Numbered from the stretch's first letter, positions 18,729 through 29,544 are shown. The stretch is 64,000 nt of DNA from a virus (IMGVR_UViG_2597490325_000001:64001-128000); one strand, 5' to 3'. Notes: generated by a model from the letters alone, not told the origin. Translations and numbers: made by a program.

Positions 18729-19091
18729 ATGGCAACTGTAAATGATCTGCTGGCTCAAGTACAAACTAACCTGAAAGCTCAAGGCGTAGACTCTACTAAG
18801 AAAGAGTGTGGCGTTGCTCTGGAAGCCGTTCTGAATGCAATTCAGACTGTAGCTCTGGATCAGGGTTCTATCCGTACTGCAATCGGTACGTTTAAACGTA
18901 AAGAATGCGCAGCTCGTCAGGCACATAACCCTAAAACTGGTGATAAAGTTGATGTTCCAGCTAAAATCACCGTTAGCTTCAAATCCTATTACAATGAAGT
19001 AGTAGGCGAGAAAAAAGCTGCTAAGAAAGCCGCTCCAGCGAAAGCTGCAGCTCCGGCTGCTAAAAAAGTAGTTAAAAAAGGTAAAAAATAA
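18729..19091 (+). CDS. HU-like DNA-binding protein with a Lys/Ala-rich tail
   Basis: IGTFKRKECAARQAHNPKTGDKVDVPAKITVSFK HU arm; KKAAPAKAAAP tail; late motif at 18627. Confidence 0.88.
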   Translation: MATVNDLLAQVQTNLKAQGVDSTKKECGVALEAVLNAIQTVALDQGSIRTAIGTFKRKECAARQAHNPKTGDKVDVPAKITVSFKSYYNEVVGEKKAAKKAAPAKAAAPAAKKVVKKGKK

Positions 19092-19221
19092 TTTACCTTG
19101 AGTAAGTTATAATTCTTTCCCCATATCTCCTGAAAAGGTGATATGGGGTTTACTTTGCACTTAAATTCTTTTTATTGATATATAATCATATTGAATAATC
19201 ATAAAGTGAGGTTGTATAGAA

Positions 19222-19506
19222 ATGAATGTAATAAAGATAGCCTTAATAACAATATCTCTAGGCTTATCATCCAATTCTTTTGCTAAAGAGTTTGAAGCTG
19301 AATTAGTTGCATTAGACTCAGTCAAAGGTACATTCTATATTCATTCTATTGAGCACTTTTTCTCAGTACCCAATAAAGATTGTCCAGTTTTGGTTAATAC
19401 ATCATTACATAAGACATTTAAAGTCGAAGGTAAACCAGTAGAAGAAGGTTATTATACCTTCTATGGTGTTAAAGAAGAATTATGCAGGTCTATTAATCTT
19501 CTTTAA
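19222..19506 (+). CDS. Hypothetical protein with a signal peptide
   Basis: MNVIKIALITISLGLSSNSFA-KE; early motif at 19178. Confidence 0.6.
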   Translation: MNVIKIALITISLGLSSNSFAKEFEAELVALDSVKGTFYIHSIEHFFSVPNKDCPVLVNTSLHKTFKVEGKPVEEGYYTFYGVKEELCRSINLL

Positions 19507-19553
19507 CTAAGCTAAGACCTCCATAGCGGGGTCTTTTTTTTTTTGAGGTTTTT

Positions 19554-20018
19554 ATGACTTTAATAGAACAGTTGTTGAATGACAAAAAAATTATTAGTGG
19601 TTTTCCTGGAATTGGTAAGTCTGAATTATTTAAAATTTATGGTGAAGCTAGAGTAAGCGATAGTGATTCAAGTAAATTCCCTAAAGATAGCTTCCCTGCA
19701 AATTATGTAGCTCATATTAAAGATTTAATAGTAAATAGTAATAAAAAATATATTTTGGTTAGTTCACATAAAGTAGTTCGTGATGCATTGGTTGCTGAAG
19801 GAATTCCTTTCTTCTTAGTGTATCCTAATGAAAATTGTAAAGATGAATATATCAATCGATACATTAAACGTGGCTCTCCAGAAGCATTTGTATCACTGCT
19901 TTCTAATAACTTTAACAACTTTGTACAAGAATGTAAGACTACTAATTCTCCTATTGCAACTCATATAGAATTGTCTGATGGACAATACCTAAGTGATGTA
20001 CTTTCTACAATTGGCTGA
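19554..20018 (+). CDS. Small P-loop NTPase/kinase-like protein
   Basis: Walker A GFPGIGKS at the N-terminus. Confidence 0.65.
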   Translation: MTLIEQLLNDKKIISGFPGIGKSELFKIYGEARVSDSDSSKFPKDSFPANYVAHIKDLIVNSNKKYILVSSHKVVRDALVAEGIPFFLVYPNENCKDEYINRYIKRGSPEAFVSLLSNNFNNFVQECKTTNSPIATHIELSDGQYLSDVLSTIG

Positions 20019-20112
20019 ATGTTAAAATTAAGTGAAAACTCAATTAATATAAAATCCTAATAGCTAACATACTTTTAGAAATCAAGTTTAAGATACAGGA
20101 GCGTGTTATAGC

Positions 20113-20799
20113 ATGTCTGCTTTATTCCTAAGCACCTTACTTCAGGAAGACGAGGATTCAGCAGATGGTGGCGCAAAATCATCTGCTGATCTTGATCTTG
20201 GTACTGACAAAGGTGATTTAAAAGATCAAAAGGATGTAAAGTCTGATTCAGATGATTCTGATGAAGATAATACTAATGATGATAATGACGATGTATCAGA
20301 TGATAATTCTTCAGATACTGAAACAGATGATTCTTCTTCTCCAAATGACTCTTCAGATGACACTGAAGCAACAGATGATGACAATGACTCCGAAGAAGAT
20401 GATGAAGTTCTCAATCAAAAAGAATTGGAAGAGCAACGTAAGAAGCTTAACCGTTATAATCAGCTGAAATCTTTAGTTGTTACCTATAGAAATCTAGATG
20501 GTATCTATGACAAACTATTAAAGCTTGATTTGCCTGGAGGACTACCGAATACAATTCGAATGTTCAAAGACAAGATTGCCTATAATAGAGAATCATTAGA
20601 TAAATTGTTATTGGATCCAGTAATCTTTAATAACAATACTGTCTCTGAATTGACCGCGATTCATAATGTATATATGTCAGACTTAAGAGCTGTATCTACT
20701 AATTTAAAAGTACTTTATAACTCTTCTGTCTTGAACCATACAAAAGACAATCGTGCGATACTTAGCATAATCTCTAGGGATGCTGAAAATCGTCGCTAG
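20113..20799 (+). CDS. Acidic protein upstream of the capsid gene (head assembly candidate)
   Basis: Late motif at 20066; N-terminal LLQED and Asp-rich tract. Confidence 0.55.
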   Translation: MSALFLSTLLQEDEDSADGGAKSSADLDLGTDKGDLKDQKDVKSDSDDSDEDNTNDDNDDVSDDNSSDTETDDSSSPNDSSDDTEATDDDNDSEEDDEVLNQKELEEQRKKLNRYNQLKSLVVTYRNLDGIYDKLLKLDLPGGLPNTIRMFKDKIAYNRESLDKLLLDPVIFNNNTVSELTAIHNVYMSDLRAVSTNLKVLYNSSVLNHTKDNRAILSIISRDAENRR

Positions 20800-20900
20800 G
20801 TTTTAAATAAATTTTAAAACTGAGTGATCAACATTAAAATAGAAATCCGGTTGACCTAAAAAGTCATCTCTAGGTAATCACTTCATAAAGGAAATTAATA

Positions 20901-22457
20901 ATGTCTGTTGATTATGGCTTTGCTAATCTGCGTAGCAAAACGAAGCATAATTCTAAAGCTACTGCACATCTTAAAACTCTGGTAGAAGACTACAAAGGCG
21001 ACGAAGTAGATATTCTGTCAGAAGGCGTATATGACGTTGTACGTGACCAAGTTGCGTTCCAAGAATACGTTGAACGTCTTTCCGAAGGTACTTCAGAAGA
21101 AACTGGCGAACAGCTGGCTATTCTGTCTGAAAACACCCGTATGGTAATGCTTCAAGAAAGCATGATTGGTGGCGTTAACCCTATCGCTGCCCTGTCACTA
21201 CCTATGCTGCGTATCGGCTATCCGAAAATGGCTGTACGTGAAGGTCTACCTACTGAACCAGTAGAACAGCCGAAATTCAAAGTAACTACCAAACGTCCTT
21301 ATGTTCTGGATACCGCTACTGGTGAAAAACACTGGTTGCCTGGTGCTTTCCAGACTAAGAAAGAACTGTTTGGTTTACCACGTCTGCAACAGAATGATAT
21401 TACTGTTCCGGCTGGCGGTCTGATTGATTATGATATGCTAGCTCCAATCAGCAAAAATGCTCTGCTTGGTGACGAAATCGATCCACGTTTCACCGTTGTA
21501 GAAGTTACCGATTCTGCTGATGTTGCTATCTCTGTATCCTTCGAACTGGATACTAACCTGAACGCAATCGTTGGTTCTTTCGTTGATAGTACTAACGCTG
21601 CAGTACAGGTTCTGGGTAAAGTTGACCGTTCTAAAGGTCTTCTGACTCTGGTAACTGTTCCGGGCAATGCTATTAAGAAAGTAAAAATTCAGGGTTACGT
21701 TTCTTCTGAAATGAATAACGCTGCAACTCAGGTTGGTTTCGATATTGACGGTGTTGATATTACTATCGGTACTGGTCAGCCTATCGAATCCCCAATCAAT
21801 ATTCAGCAGATGACTGACGTCATGGCTATGTATAATGTAGATTCCACTCTGACTCACATGGAAACTATGTCTACTGCTCTGGCACAGTCTACTGACCTTG
21901 AAGGTGTTCAGTTTATCTATGATTGCTTCGACCGCAATACTAAGAAAATCCAAGAAACCTTCGACGCTATGCCTCCTTCTAACTTCCTGGCTGGCCCTGT
22001 TGAATGGCGTAAAAATATTCATCGTAACTTTGACCGTCTTGTGTCTCAGATGCAGACTGAATTCAACATCTATACTGGTCACGCAGTAGTATTCTGTCAC
22101 CCACTGGACGCTCAGGTTGTTGCTGATGTTCGTTGGATGTACACTAATACTGAACAGCCTAACGATGTTGCTGTTGACTTCCGTGTTGGTACTTACACCT
22201 CCGGTACTACTACTTATGTAGTCCTGCAGTCTCCGAACTTTGTTCAGGGTCATTACGAAATCGTATACATCCCGTCCGAAGCTGACTTTAAATCTCTGGT
22301 ATACTACCCGTATGCGTTCAACGTGATTCGTGGTGCTGCATCACCTAACACTCCGAACCTGCCAGCTATCCAGATGATTAAACGTTACCGCTTCCAGAAG
22401 TTCAACAACATGGTTGCACGTCTGAACATCGTTAATAACGGTGTTGGCGAAGTTTAA
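20901..22457 (+). CDS. Major capsid protein
   Basis: 518 aa with very strong codon bias, late motif at 20830, AAAGGA RBS, and an N-terminal region with repeated L-x-E sites (ILSEG, RLSEG, ILSEN, MLQES). Confidence 0.75.
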   Translation: MSVDYGFANLRSKTKHNSKATAHLKTLVEDYKGDEVDILSEGVYDVVRDQVAFQEYVERLSEGTSEETGEQLAILSENTRMVMLQESMIGGVNPIAALSLPMLRIGYPKMAVREGLPTEPVEQPKFKVTTKRPYVLDTATGEKHWLPGAFQTKKELFGLPRLQQNDITVPAGGLIDYDMLAPISKNALLGDEIDPRFTVVEVTDSADVAISVSFELDTNLNAIVGSFVDSTNAAVQVLGKVDRSKGLLTLVTVPGNAIKKVKIQGYVSSEMNNAATQVGFDIDGVDITIGTGQPIESPINIQQMTDVMAMYNVDSTLTHMETMSTALAQSTDLEGVQFIYDCFDRNTKKIQETFDAMPPSNFLAGPVEWRKNIHRNFDRLVSQMQTEFNIYTGHAVVFCHPLDAQVVADVRWMYTNTEQPNDVAVDFRVGTYTSGTTTYVVLQSPNFVQGHYEIVYIPSEADFKSLVYYPYAFNVIRGAASPNTPNLPAIQMIKRYRFQKFNNMVARLNIVNNGVGEV

Positions 22458-22571
22458 TCTTTGCTAGTATAAAATACCCATATCCTCTATAAAGGGGATA
22501 TGGGGTTTTCTTTACAATTTTTTCATGCATATATTATAAGAAAGATATCAATATTAACATGAGACCTGATA

Positions 22572-24709
22572 ATGTTTATTAGAAAAATACTTACAGAAGA
22601 AACTCCTTTAGGGTTTGATATTAATCTAGTTATGGAAATGATAACTAGATCATATGAAATGGAGTTAAACGATTTTAAGAAAGGAACTATTGTTACATCA
22701 CTAATGCTAAGTAATCTACTTATGAGTAATTTTGATTTTCTAATCTACAATACTACAGATAACTACCTTGGGTTTGATGAAATTTTGATAAATGAATCTG
22801 AAGGGTCAGTTGTTTTAGGGCGAACTAAGCATAATTCTATAGAATTAAGTGTACCATCGCCATTTGAGGATGAAGGAACAGTTCCTATTCAAGATCTATA
22901 TAAAAATGGGCTTGATAAGTATACCATGTTTACTCATACTCAGATAAACTATTTTAGTATCCACATAAATGAAACTAGTGGAAGATCACATAAACCTCTT
23001 CCAAATGTAAAATATAGGGTGGCATTGAAGACTATGATGATAGATTTAATTACTAGCTTTAAGATGCGTTTTCCAAAAGTTATCAAAGATATATAATTTT
23101 ATTAGATAATTGGAGGGAGTTATTAATTGATGGTTATTATAAGAAATTGTCTAGACACCAAAATACTACATTACGCCGCTACTTTTGGCAGTGAAATCTA
23201 TATTGAATTAACACAGATTCTTAGACAGGAAATATCAAAATCTTGCATTTCTTTGTTAAAGATAGGGGATATATGTAAACCCGATGCAGAATATGGTAAT
23301 ATAAAATATTATATGAATATAGGCCAAGTATATGGTCATAATTGTTTAAGTAATTTAGATTATACTAATATCCATGTACTAGATAAAGATTGCCCTATAT
23401 TCACTAAAAGAGAACATCAAGATTTAGTAGAATATATTCATGAAAATCTAGTCAATCAGTACACTAGTATGATGGCATATGAAGATATTCTTGATGTCTT
23501 CTCAAATATCTATTTTATCTTCAATAAAACAAATCAAGGTTCTTTCCTATGAGAACTGTGCAAGCTAGATGGTTTCGCATCAAAGAAAAGGATGGTACAT
23601 TTAGGGAAGTAATTTTCTCTGATTCAACTATCAGAGATGCTTTGAGGCGTTTATATAAAAAACATATCAATATCCTGCTTCCGAGTAAAATTTCTTTAAA
23701 AATTGGCTTATTTGATCATCCACCAATAAAAACTTTATTCTTTGTTAATTCACCATACATAAATCTCAATTATATAAACACGCTTATTGTTCATCCATTA
23801 GACTTTAATGTAAAAGATCTAACTGGAAATGAACTTAGTGAATTGATCTCATTAAATCATGTTCTTCATGTTAGATTTTTCTCTGACGTAAATAGGGATC
23901 ATTCAGTGATATATAATTATTATGAAGGTTTTAATATTAATAAGAATCGGAGCAATTATTGATGTTTGAGACACTAACTGGTCTAGTCGGTTATCATAAT
24001 AATTTACTTAAAGATAAAACCGACAAAGAAAAATCATATATAAAAAAAGTCGTCAAAAAGACGATGGTGGAAGACCTAAATTATGTCTCTTTTAAATTAT
24101 TCGTAAATAAACGTTCGCTAAATCGTTTTATCAATGATAATGGAATTTCTCCTCCAGATATCTTTGATTTAAATTTACTCTTAATGGAAAATTCTAAGGA
24201 TTTCTTAGAAAATATCATTAAGAAGGATTATAGTACATTAGTACTGGATGTGACTTCATGGAATTTACTATGTATTAATAAATCATTTCTTTATAATGAA
24301 AACCCCTATATAAAAATAAGAGCTACATATGCGTGTGATACAAGTAAAAATCCGGTATGAACTTCTGTCATATGGAATATATAGAGAAATCATTTCAGAT
24401 CACTATTTTAAAAATCATATAGAAGCATTTAATCTCCTTATTCCAAATAACCAACCATTTAAAGAAATCCCTAATCATTTCGGATTTACTAAAAGTATAC
24501 TTTCTCTTTCTGATCTAAAATATGAATACCATTTATTGGATTACGTTACAAATCGTAGTCCTCTTGATGAAAACAAAGTATTGAAACAAATGTATATGGT
24601 CGAATATACTAAATCTTCCCTAAAGCTTAGCAAATCTAGTTACCGATATATTCCTGTCATTAATTTAGACTATAATATTTCAATGATGATTCCACACTAC
24701 GCTATATAG
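22572..24709 (+). CDS. Operon of five AT-rich hypothetical ORFs (22572-23096, 23127-23552, 23549-23962, 23959-24360, 24329-24709)
   Basis: ATATATTAT at 22529; overlapping starts and stops. Confidence 0.6.
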
Positions 24710-24793
24710 GATACTAGGAGAAACTTTAAAGTTTCTCCTTTATATCTTTATTTTTATTGTACATTTTTTTAGTTAATTGAACAAAGGTGTATT

Positions 24794-25279
24794 ATGAATA
24801 TATCACAATTTAATAGTATAGATACTCCTACAATTGGTAGTTTAGATGATCATTATAAGACAACAGCCGTTAAACCTCTAGTAGTTGTACCTATAAAGAA
24901 ATCCCCCACCGAAATATCTGATGTACTTAGTATAAAAGATAATAAGCTAGTTATAGATTTAGAAATGTTAGATGGTATAGAAATTAAGGGTTCTAGCCCA
25001 AAAGTAATGAAATTTTTATCAACTCTTATTCTTGAATCTGATAAGAATATTTTCATCAATTCTAATTTTGATGATAAAGATAATCCTAAGAAGTATAAAG
25101 TATGGTTTAACACTGAAGACCCTAAAACTGGTAAACGTGTTGATAATGAAGATTTAGAAAATTATGCTGAATTACAGTATGCCTTAGAAAAAAATAGCAT
25201 ATCTGACTTTTCTTATAAAAATGAATGCTCATGTGGTAAATGTGGGGGTAATGATGCCAGCAGTAGTGAGGTTGGGTGA
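24794..25279 (+). CDS. Hypothetical protein with a C-terminal CSCGKC motif
   Basis: AAGGTG RBS; TACA-N6-TAG promoter variant at 24760. Confidence 0.6.
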   Translation: MNISQFNSIDTPTIGSLDDHYKTTAVKPLVVVPIKKSPTEISDVLSIKDNKLVIDLEMLDGIEIKGSSPKVMKFLSTLILESDKNIFINSNFDDKDNPKKYKVWFNTEDPKTGKRVDNEDLENYAELQYALEKNSISDFSYKNECSCGKCGGNDASSSEVG

Positions 25280-25541
25280 TCAAGATACTGGACACGGATG
25301 CTATCCACCTAGAGCAAATAATGGTTCTTGTAGTACTGTATTTGCCGATGGTAAACTAATACATCGTAAAGGAGACTCATGGAATGTGCATTCATGCCCT
25401 GATAATCCTCCACACGATGCAACTCTTTCAGGTGGTAGTGGAACTGTAATGGTAGAAGGTGCCGCTGTAGGTAGAGTTGGTGATAGTGTATCATGTGGCG
25501 GTGCCGCTGCACAAGGTTCTTCAACTGTTTTTGCAGGTTAA
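25254..25541 (+). CDS. PAAR-repeat spike tip protein
   Basis: MPAVVRLGDQDTGHGCYPP...STVFADG..HRKGD..H.C...H...GTVMVEG..VGRVGD..SCG...GSSTVFAG. Confidence 0.92.
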   Translation: MPAVVRLGDQDTGHGCYPPRANNGSCSTVFADGKLIHRKGDSWNVHSCPDNPPHDATLSGGSGTVMVEGAAVGRVGDSVSCGGAAAQGSSTVFAG

Positions 25542-25544
25542 TTT

Positions 25545-26174
25545 ATGATTTTATCTAATGAAGAGTATTATATACATACTCAAACACGAAATATTTCCTT
25601 TATTAAAATGGCTAGGTATTTAAAAGATAGAGGTATTGAAAACTATTCCTTTATGCTTAAGCTATATGATAAAGATTTAATGAAAGTTAATCCACATGCA
25701 AGAAATCTTTCTCCCATAACTAAGAGTAAGATTATTGTAGAGTGTACACGAAATCCTTGGTATGCCTTAAGGGAATGCTATATGATTTCTGCTCCTGGTG
25801 GTTCAAGAGTATTCTTTGAGCTTCATCCAGGTAACTTAGCTATTATATGGGCTATTCTTTTAAGTCTATCTGTTATAGTATTACTTCCTCGACAGAGAGG
25901 TAAAACTATCTCTATAGCTACTATATTATCTTACATCTTTTACTTTGGTACCAAAAACACTGCAATGTTATTTGGTAATAAGTCTGGTAAAGATGCAGAG
26001 AACAACTTAGCACGTTTTAAAGATATTACTTTAGGTTTACCTTCTTATTTGAGAGACACATTTGTTGACTCCAAAGACACTGATAACGTAACTCAGATAG
26101 TATCAGTTAAACGTAATAACAAAATTGACATACATGGTCAGCCAGTTTCTGAAGAAGCTGCTGATAAACAGGGT
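25545..26174 (+). CDS. Terminase large subunit, exon 1
   Basis: ECTRNPWY and Walker A LPRQRGKT; ends ...ADKQG at the 5' splice site. Confidence 0.9.
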
Positions 26175-26356
26175 TAACCTACGGCTCTGTATAAATTCCG
26201 TTAGATGACTGGAACCCCTTCAATCTTAAGGCAACCAGCAGTAATGAAAAACCGTATCTTGCATATAATTAAAGATATATTATTTAGGTGATAGAATAAT
26301 AAAGATAATGAAATCTTTATTATATTAACCCATTAATTATAGCGAGGTATTATCCT

Positions 26357-27937
26357 ATGGCTAGCATCAATTCTCTGAAAGCGAACTCTTCTCAGCTGTC
26401 TTTTTCTATGATCCGTAAAATGTTCGAAGATAAAGGTATCTTCGAAACCATCAAAGAAATCGGCGCGGAATTCCTCGATCCAGAAAACATCGCGGAACAT
26501 CGCTACATCAAGTTTAATAATACGAAATACGCTGGCGTGGTTCATCCAAGCCAGAAACGCGCATTAGCTCTTTTGAGCTTACTGGACGTGGTATCAGATG
26601 AAAATCTGGATAAAACGTTTAAACGGAACTCTCCGGTTTCCCGTGTTTTAAGCGGGTACACGTTCTATTCATATCTTTTAGAAAACATTGATCCTGAAGT
26701 CAAATCGAAAGAAATTGACGTCAAGACCATTCTGAAAGACTATGTCAAGGCAGTTTCCCTTGATTTCAAAGGTATGTCGAATTCTGCAATTCGTACAGTC
26801 CTTGAAAACACGGCTAAAAATCAAAGTGATCATATTAAAGCACTTTGGGATTTGGCGGTTAAAGATAATAAGCTGGCAGATAAAGACTACCTGAAAGAAG
26901 AAGATCTTCGTCAGGTTCGGTCTCATCTGAGTCACGTAAATGAAGCTTTGCGTGACAACTTTGTCGGCCCTATTATGGCTAACCGGAAAATTACCGACAT
27001 GGACAAACTGGTACAAGTTTGGGCTATCGGCGAACTGGCTGATGAAATCCTTAAGGAGTGCGAATCCTTAACTGATCTCACTCTGCTGTCTTCCTCCTAT
27101 CCAATCAAAAAGTATTTCGAAGATATTAATACTAAATCAGAGGCTAAACCAATGAAACACACTGCTACCACCGTACCATCTACCGCCGAATCATCATCAT
27201 CATCTGTTACGGCTGCATCAGCTAAAAAAGATGATATCCTGACTGAAACACAGGGTATCATTAAAGACGTTAAAACCGTCATTGCTGGTGAACAGCCAGC
27301 TACTTTAGAAGTTCCTGAAGTAGCAAGCACTGTCGTTAAAGAAGAAGTGGTTACTACCACTAAAACTACTACGACCGCAATTAACGATGACGAAGCGGCT
27401 GAAGCATTAGCTGATCTTGCTGGTCTGTTTGGCGAAGTCGAAATCAGCCTGGTCTTCAGTAAAGAAGACAAAAAGCTGAGCGACATCATTTCCAAAGAAG
27501 TAACAACTCTGGAAAACCGTCTGAAAGAAGTTACTCATTTGGGTAACACTCTGGACGGCGCTTTTGCTTCTATCCGTACTGCCAGCAGCTTGTCCGGTCG
27601 TATTGAAGGACTGCGTGATCTGGTCTTCCTGCTGTCAAAAGCTAAAACTGAAGACAACATGTCAGACAAAGCGAAAGCAAGTCTGCAAACTGTTATCGAT
27701 AAGCTGAACGAAGTTATTACTGTTTCACACGCATATCAGATGGCTACCAACGCCAAAGATAAGCGCAGTATCTTCCGTAAAGCAATCGATCTGGTCATCG
27801 GCTTCTTTGCTGGTATCATAAATGCGTTCATGCTCGTTATTCGTAAACTCATCGATTTCTTCTTTAACTGGAATTCTGATGATTACAAAAAACGTGCTCC
27901 GAGCCGTGATCCGGTAGTTGAACCTGTAGGCGTTTAA
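26357..27937 (+). CDS. Intron-nested 526-aa non-nuclease protein with a C-terminal hydrophobic/amphipathic helix
   Basis: ATATATTAT at 26275, GAGGT RBS, host-like codon bias; no HNH, GIY-YIG, LAGLIDADG or PD-(D/E)XK motif seen. Confidence 0.85.
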   Translation: MASINSLKANSSQLSFSMIRKMFEDKGIFETIKEIGAEFLDPENIAEHRYIKFNNTKYAGVVHPSQKRALALLSLLDVVSDENLDKTFKRNSPVSRVLSGYTFYSYLLENIDPEVKSKEIDVKTILKDYVKAVSLDFKGMSNSAIRTVLENTAKNQSDHIKALWDLAVKDNKLADKDYLKEEDLRQVRSHLSHVNEALRDNFVGPIMANRKITDMDKLVQVWAIGELADEILKECESLTDLTLLSSSYPIKKYFEDINTKSEAKPMKHTATTVPSTAESSSSSVTAASAKKDDILTETQGIIKDVKTVIAGEQPATLEVPEVASTVVKEEVVTTTKTTTTAINDDEAAEALADLAGLFGEVEISLVFSKEDKKLSDIISKEVTTLENRLKEVTHLGNTLDGAFASIRTASSLSGRIEGLRDLVFLLSKAKTEDNMSDKAKASLQTVIDKLNEVITVSHAYQMATNAKDKRSIFRKAIDLVIGFFAGIINAFMLVIRKLIDFFFNWNSDDYKKRAPSRDPVVEPVGV

Positions 27938-27958
27938 GCTACAGGCGCTAGCCATAAT

Positions 27959-27988
27959 AAAAAACAGGGTAAGCCCTGTTTTTTTTTT
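27959..27988 (+). terminator. Intrinsic terminator inside the terminase intron
   Basis: AAAAAACAGGG-taag-CCCTG followed by T10. Confidence 0.75.
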
Positions 27989-28127
27989 CATTATTCAACG
28001 ACTATTTGTAGAAATCAAGCGATTTCGAAATGCGGAACATAGAAAAAATCTATGAAGATATAGTCTAAACTTATAGGAAACTATAAGCCCTATGGTAACT
28101 ATTTAGCGAATAGTTATAAATGTAAAG

Positions 28128-29543
28128 CGTGGTATGTCAATCCCCTTCCTATGGGAAGATGAGTTAGCATTCTTAAAATATAATAAAACTATCTTTGAAG
28201 CAGCAACTCCGGCAGTAAACCGTATATCGGATATTGCAGAAGCTAATGGTGCTCCACATGCTAAAATTATTTCCACTACCCCTAATAACTTAGACTCACC
28301 AGCTGGTGCTTATTGTAAAAGTACTATTGATAGCGCCTGTGTATTTATTGAAGAAATGTATGATTGGTCTCGTGAAGAAGTATTAGCCTATATTCACGAT
28401 AACTCAATAAACGACTTCTTATATATTAAATATACGTGGAAACAACTTGGTTACAGTGATGATTGGTATGAGAAAGAATGTCGTTCTCTGCAGTTTAACT
28501 GGTTAACCATCAACCGTGAAATCAACTTAGTATGGACTAAATCTACTGATAACTCTGTATTTAACGAAGAACAGTTAATGACTATATCTAAACTTCTTAA
28601 GAATGAGTCAGAAAACTTATTAATCGAAGTAACCCGTTATGATGCAGTAGTAGAAGAAGTAGTTAAGAATACTCTTAAAGTTGAATGTTTTGATGAAATG
28701 AATCCTGATAAATGTTACTTTATAGGAGTGGACGTTGCAGGTGGTCTTGATCAAGATAACTCTACATTTGTAATGACTGACCCTACAGATAATTACAGAC
28801 CAGTAGCATTCTTCAAAAACCCTAAAATTGATACTACTTTGTATTCAAGATTTTTGACTAAGTTTATCAAAGAGTATTTCCCTAAATCAATTCTCTTTAT
28901 AGAAAATAACTCATACGGTCGTGGTTTAATCACTAACTTACTTGATACTATTCCTAAAAATATTTATTATGACTATAGTTTAACTGATAAAAACAAGACT
29001 GCTAGAAACCCTGCTACTAAAACAGATAATATCCGTTGGGGGATAAACACTAACGAAACTACCCGTCAGTTAATGATGGATGTATTAGTTGAATTAGTAA
29101 ATGATACCCCACAGATACTAGCCTATCCAGACCTATATGATGATCTACGTGGTTTAATTTATAATAAACGTGGTAAGATTGAGCATGAGCAAGGTATGCA
29201 TGATGATACCTTAATGGCCTATTTAGTATTACGTTATGCGGTTCAGTATGGTAACAACATTACTAAATTCTTGAGAGAAATTCGAGAAGGTAAAGTAAAT
29301 AATGGAGTTACTAAACTTAAGAACGTAGTGAATAATAATATAGATGACCCTGCAGTAGCAAAAGGTGCAAATATCAATATTTTAGATGTAGCAACTATGG
29401 TTTCTAACGGGATGAGTGTAGAAGAAGCTATGGCTATTATAACTGGTAAAGTCGATAAAGGCGGTACTAAGATCAATAATGCTGCAGTAAATACTATGCT
29501 AAATAAAAATTTAAATTATAATTCAAAATTAAAAGGTAAATAG
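28128..29543 (+). CDS. Terminase large subunit, exon 2 (spliced product 681 aa)
   Basis: RGMSIPFLWEDE Walker B, ISTTPN, nuclease motifs GVDVAGG..QDNS, IENNSYG and HDDTLMA. Confidence 0.92.
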   Translation, partial: RGMSIPFLWEDELAFLKYNKTIFEAATPAVNRISDIAEANGAPHAKIISTTPNNLDSPAGAYCKSTIDSACVFIEEMYDWSREEVLAYIHDNSINDFLYIKYTWKQLGYSDDWYEKECRSLQFNWLTINREINLVWTKSTDNSVFNEEQLMTISKLLKNESENLLIEVTRYDAVVEEVVKNTLKVECFDEMNPDKCYFIGVDVAGGLDQDNSTFVMTDPTDNYRPVAFFKNPKIDTTLYSRFLTKFIKEYFPKSILFIENNSYGRGLITNLLDTIPKNIYYDYSLTDKNKTARNPATKTDNIRWGINTNETTRQLMMDVLVELVNDTPQILAYPDLYDDLRGLIYNKRGKIEHEQGMHDDTLMAYLVLRYAVQYGNNITKFLREIREGKVNNGVTKLKNVVNNNIDDPAVAKGANINILDVATMVSNGMSVEEAMAIITGKVDKGGTKINNAAVNTMLNKNLNYNSKLKGK

Positions 29544-29544
29544 T

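Larger units (their letters stand above)
26175..28127 (+). mobile_element. Group I intron (1953 nt) in terminase, carrying a nested gene in L6
   Basis: P1 CAGGGU/GCUCUG with U.G; P10 ACC(U)ACG/CGUGGU; CAACCAGCAG; TTCAACGACTA (27994); GAAGATATAGTC (28054); terminal G at 28127. Splicing restores GRG followed by Walker B. Confidence 0.9.

Noticed and set aside
20230-20410. GAT/GAC-rich low-complexity DNA here and near 17780-17860 and 56790-56850
   Set aside because: Explained by Asp/Glu-rich protein tracts
21438-22253. 271-aa antisense ORF inside the capsid gene, and similar antisense ORFs in the sheath, intron-cargo and 48269 genes
   Set aside because: These are shadows of strong codon bias on the sense strand, with no RBS, promoter or protein-like motif
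26175-26177. Stop-codon recoding, inteins or pseudogenes to explain truncated terminase, polymerase and RNAP
   Set aside because: Each stop lies at or just inside a group I 5' splice site, splicing restores frame and motifs, and other genes are intact in the standard code
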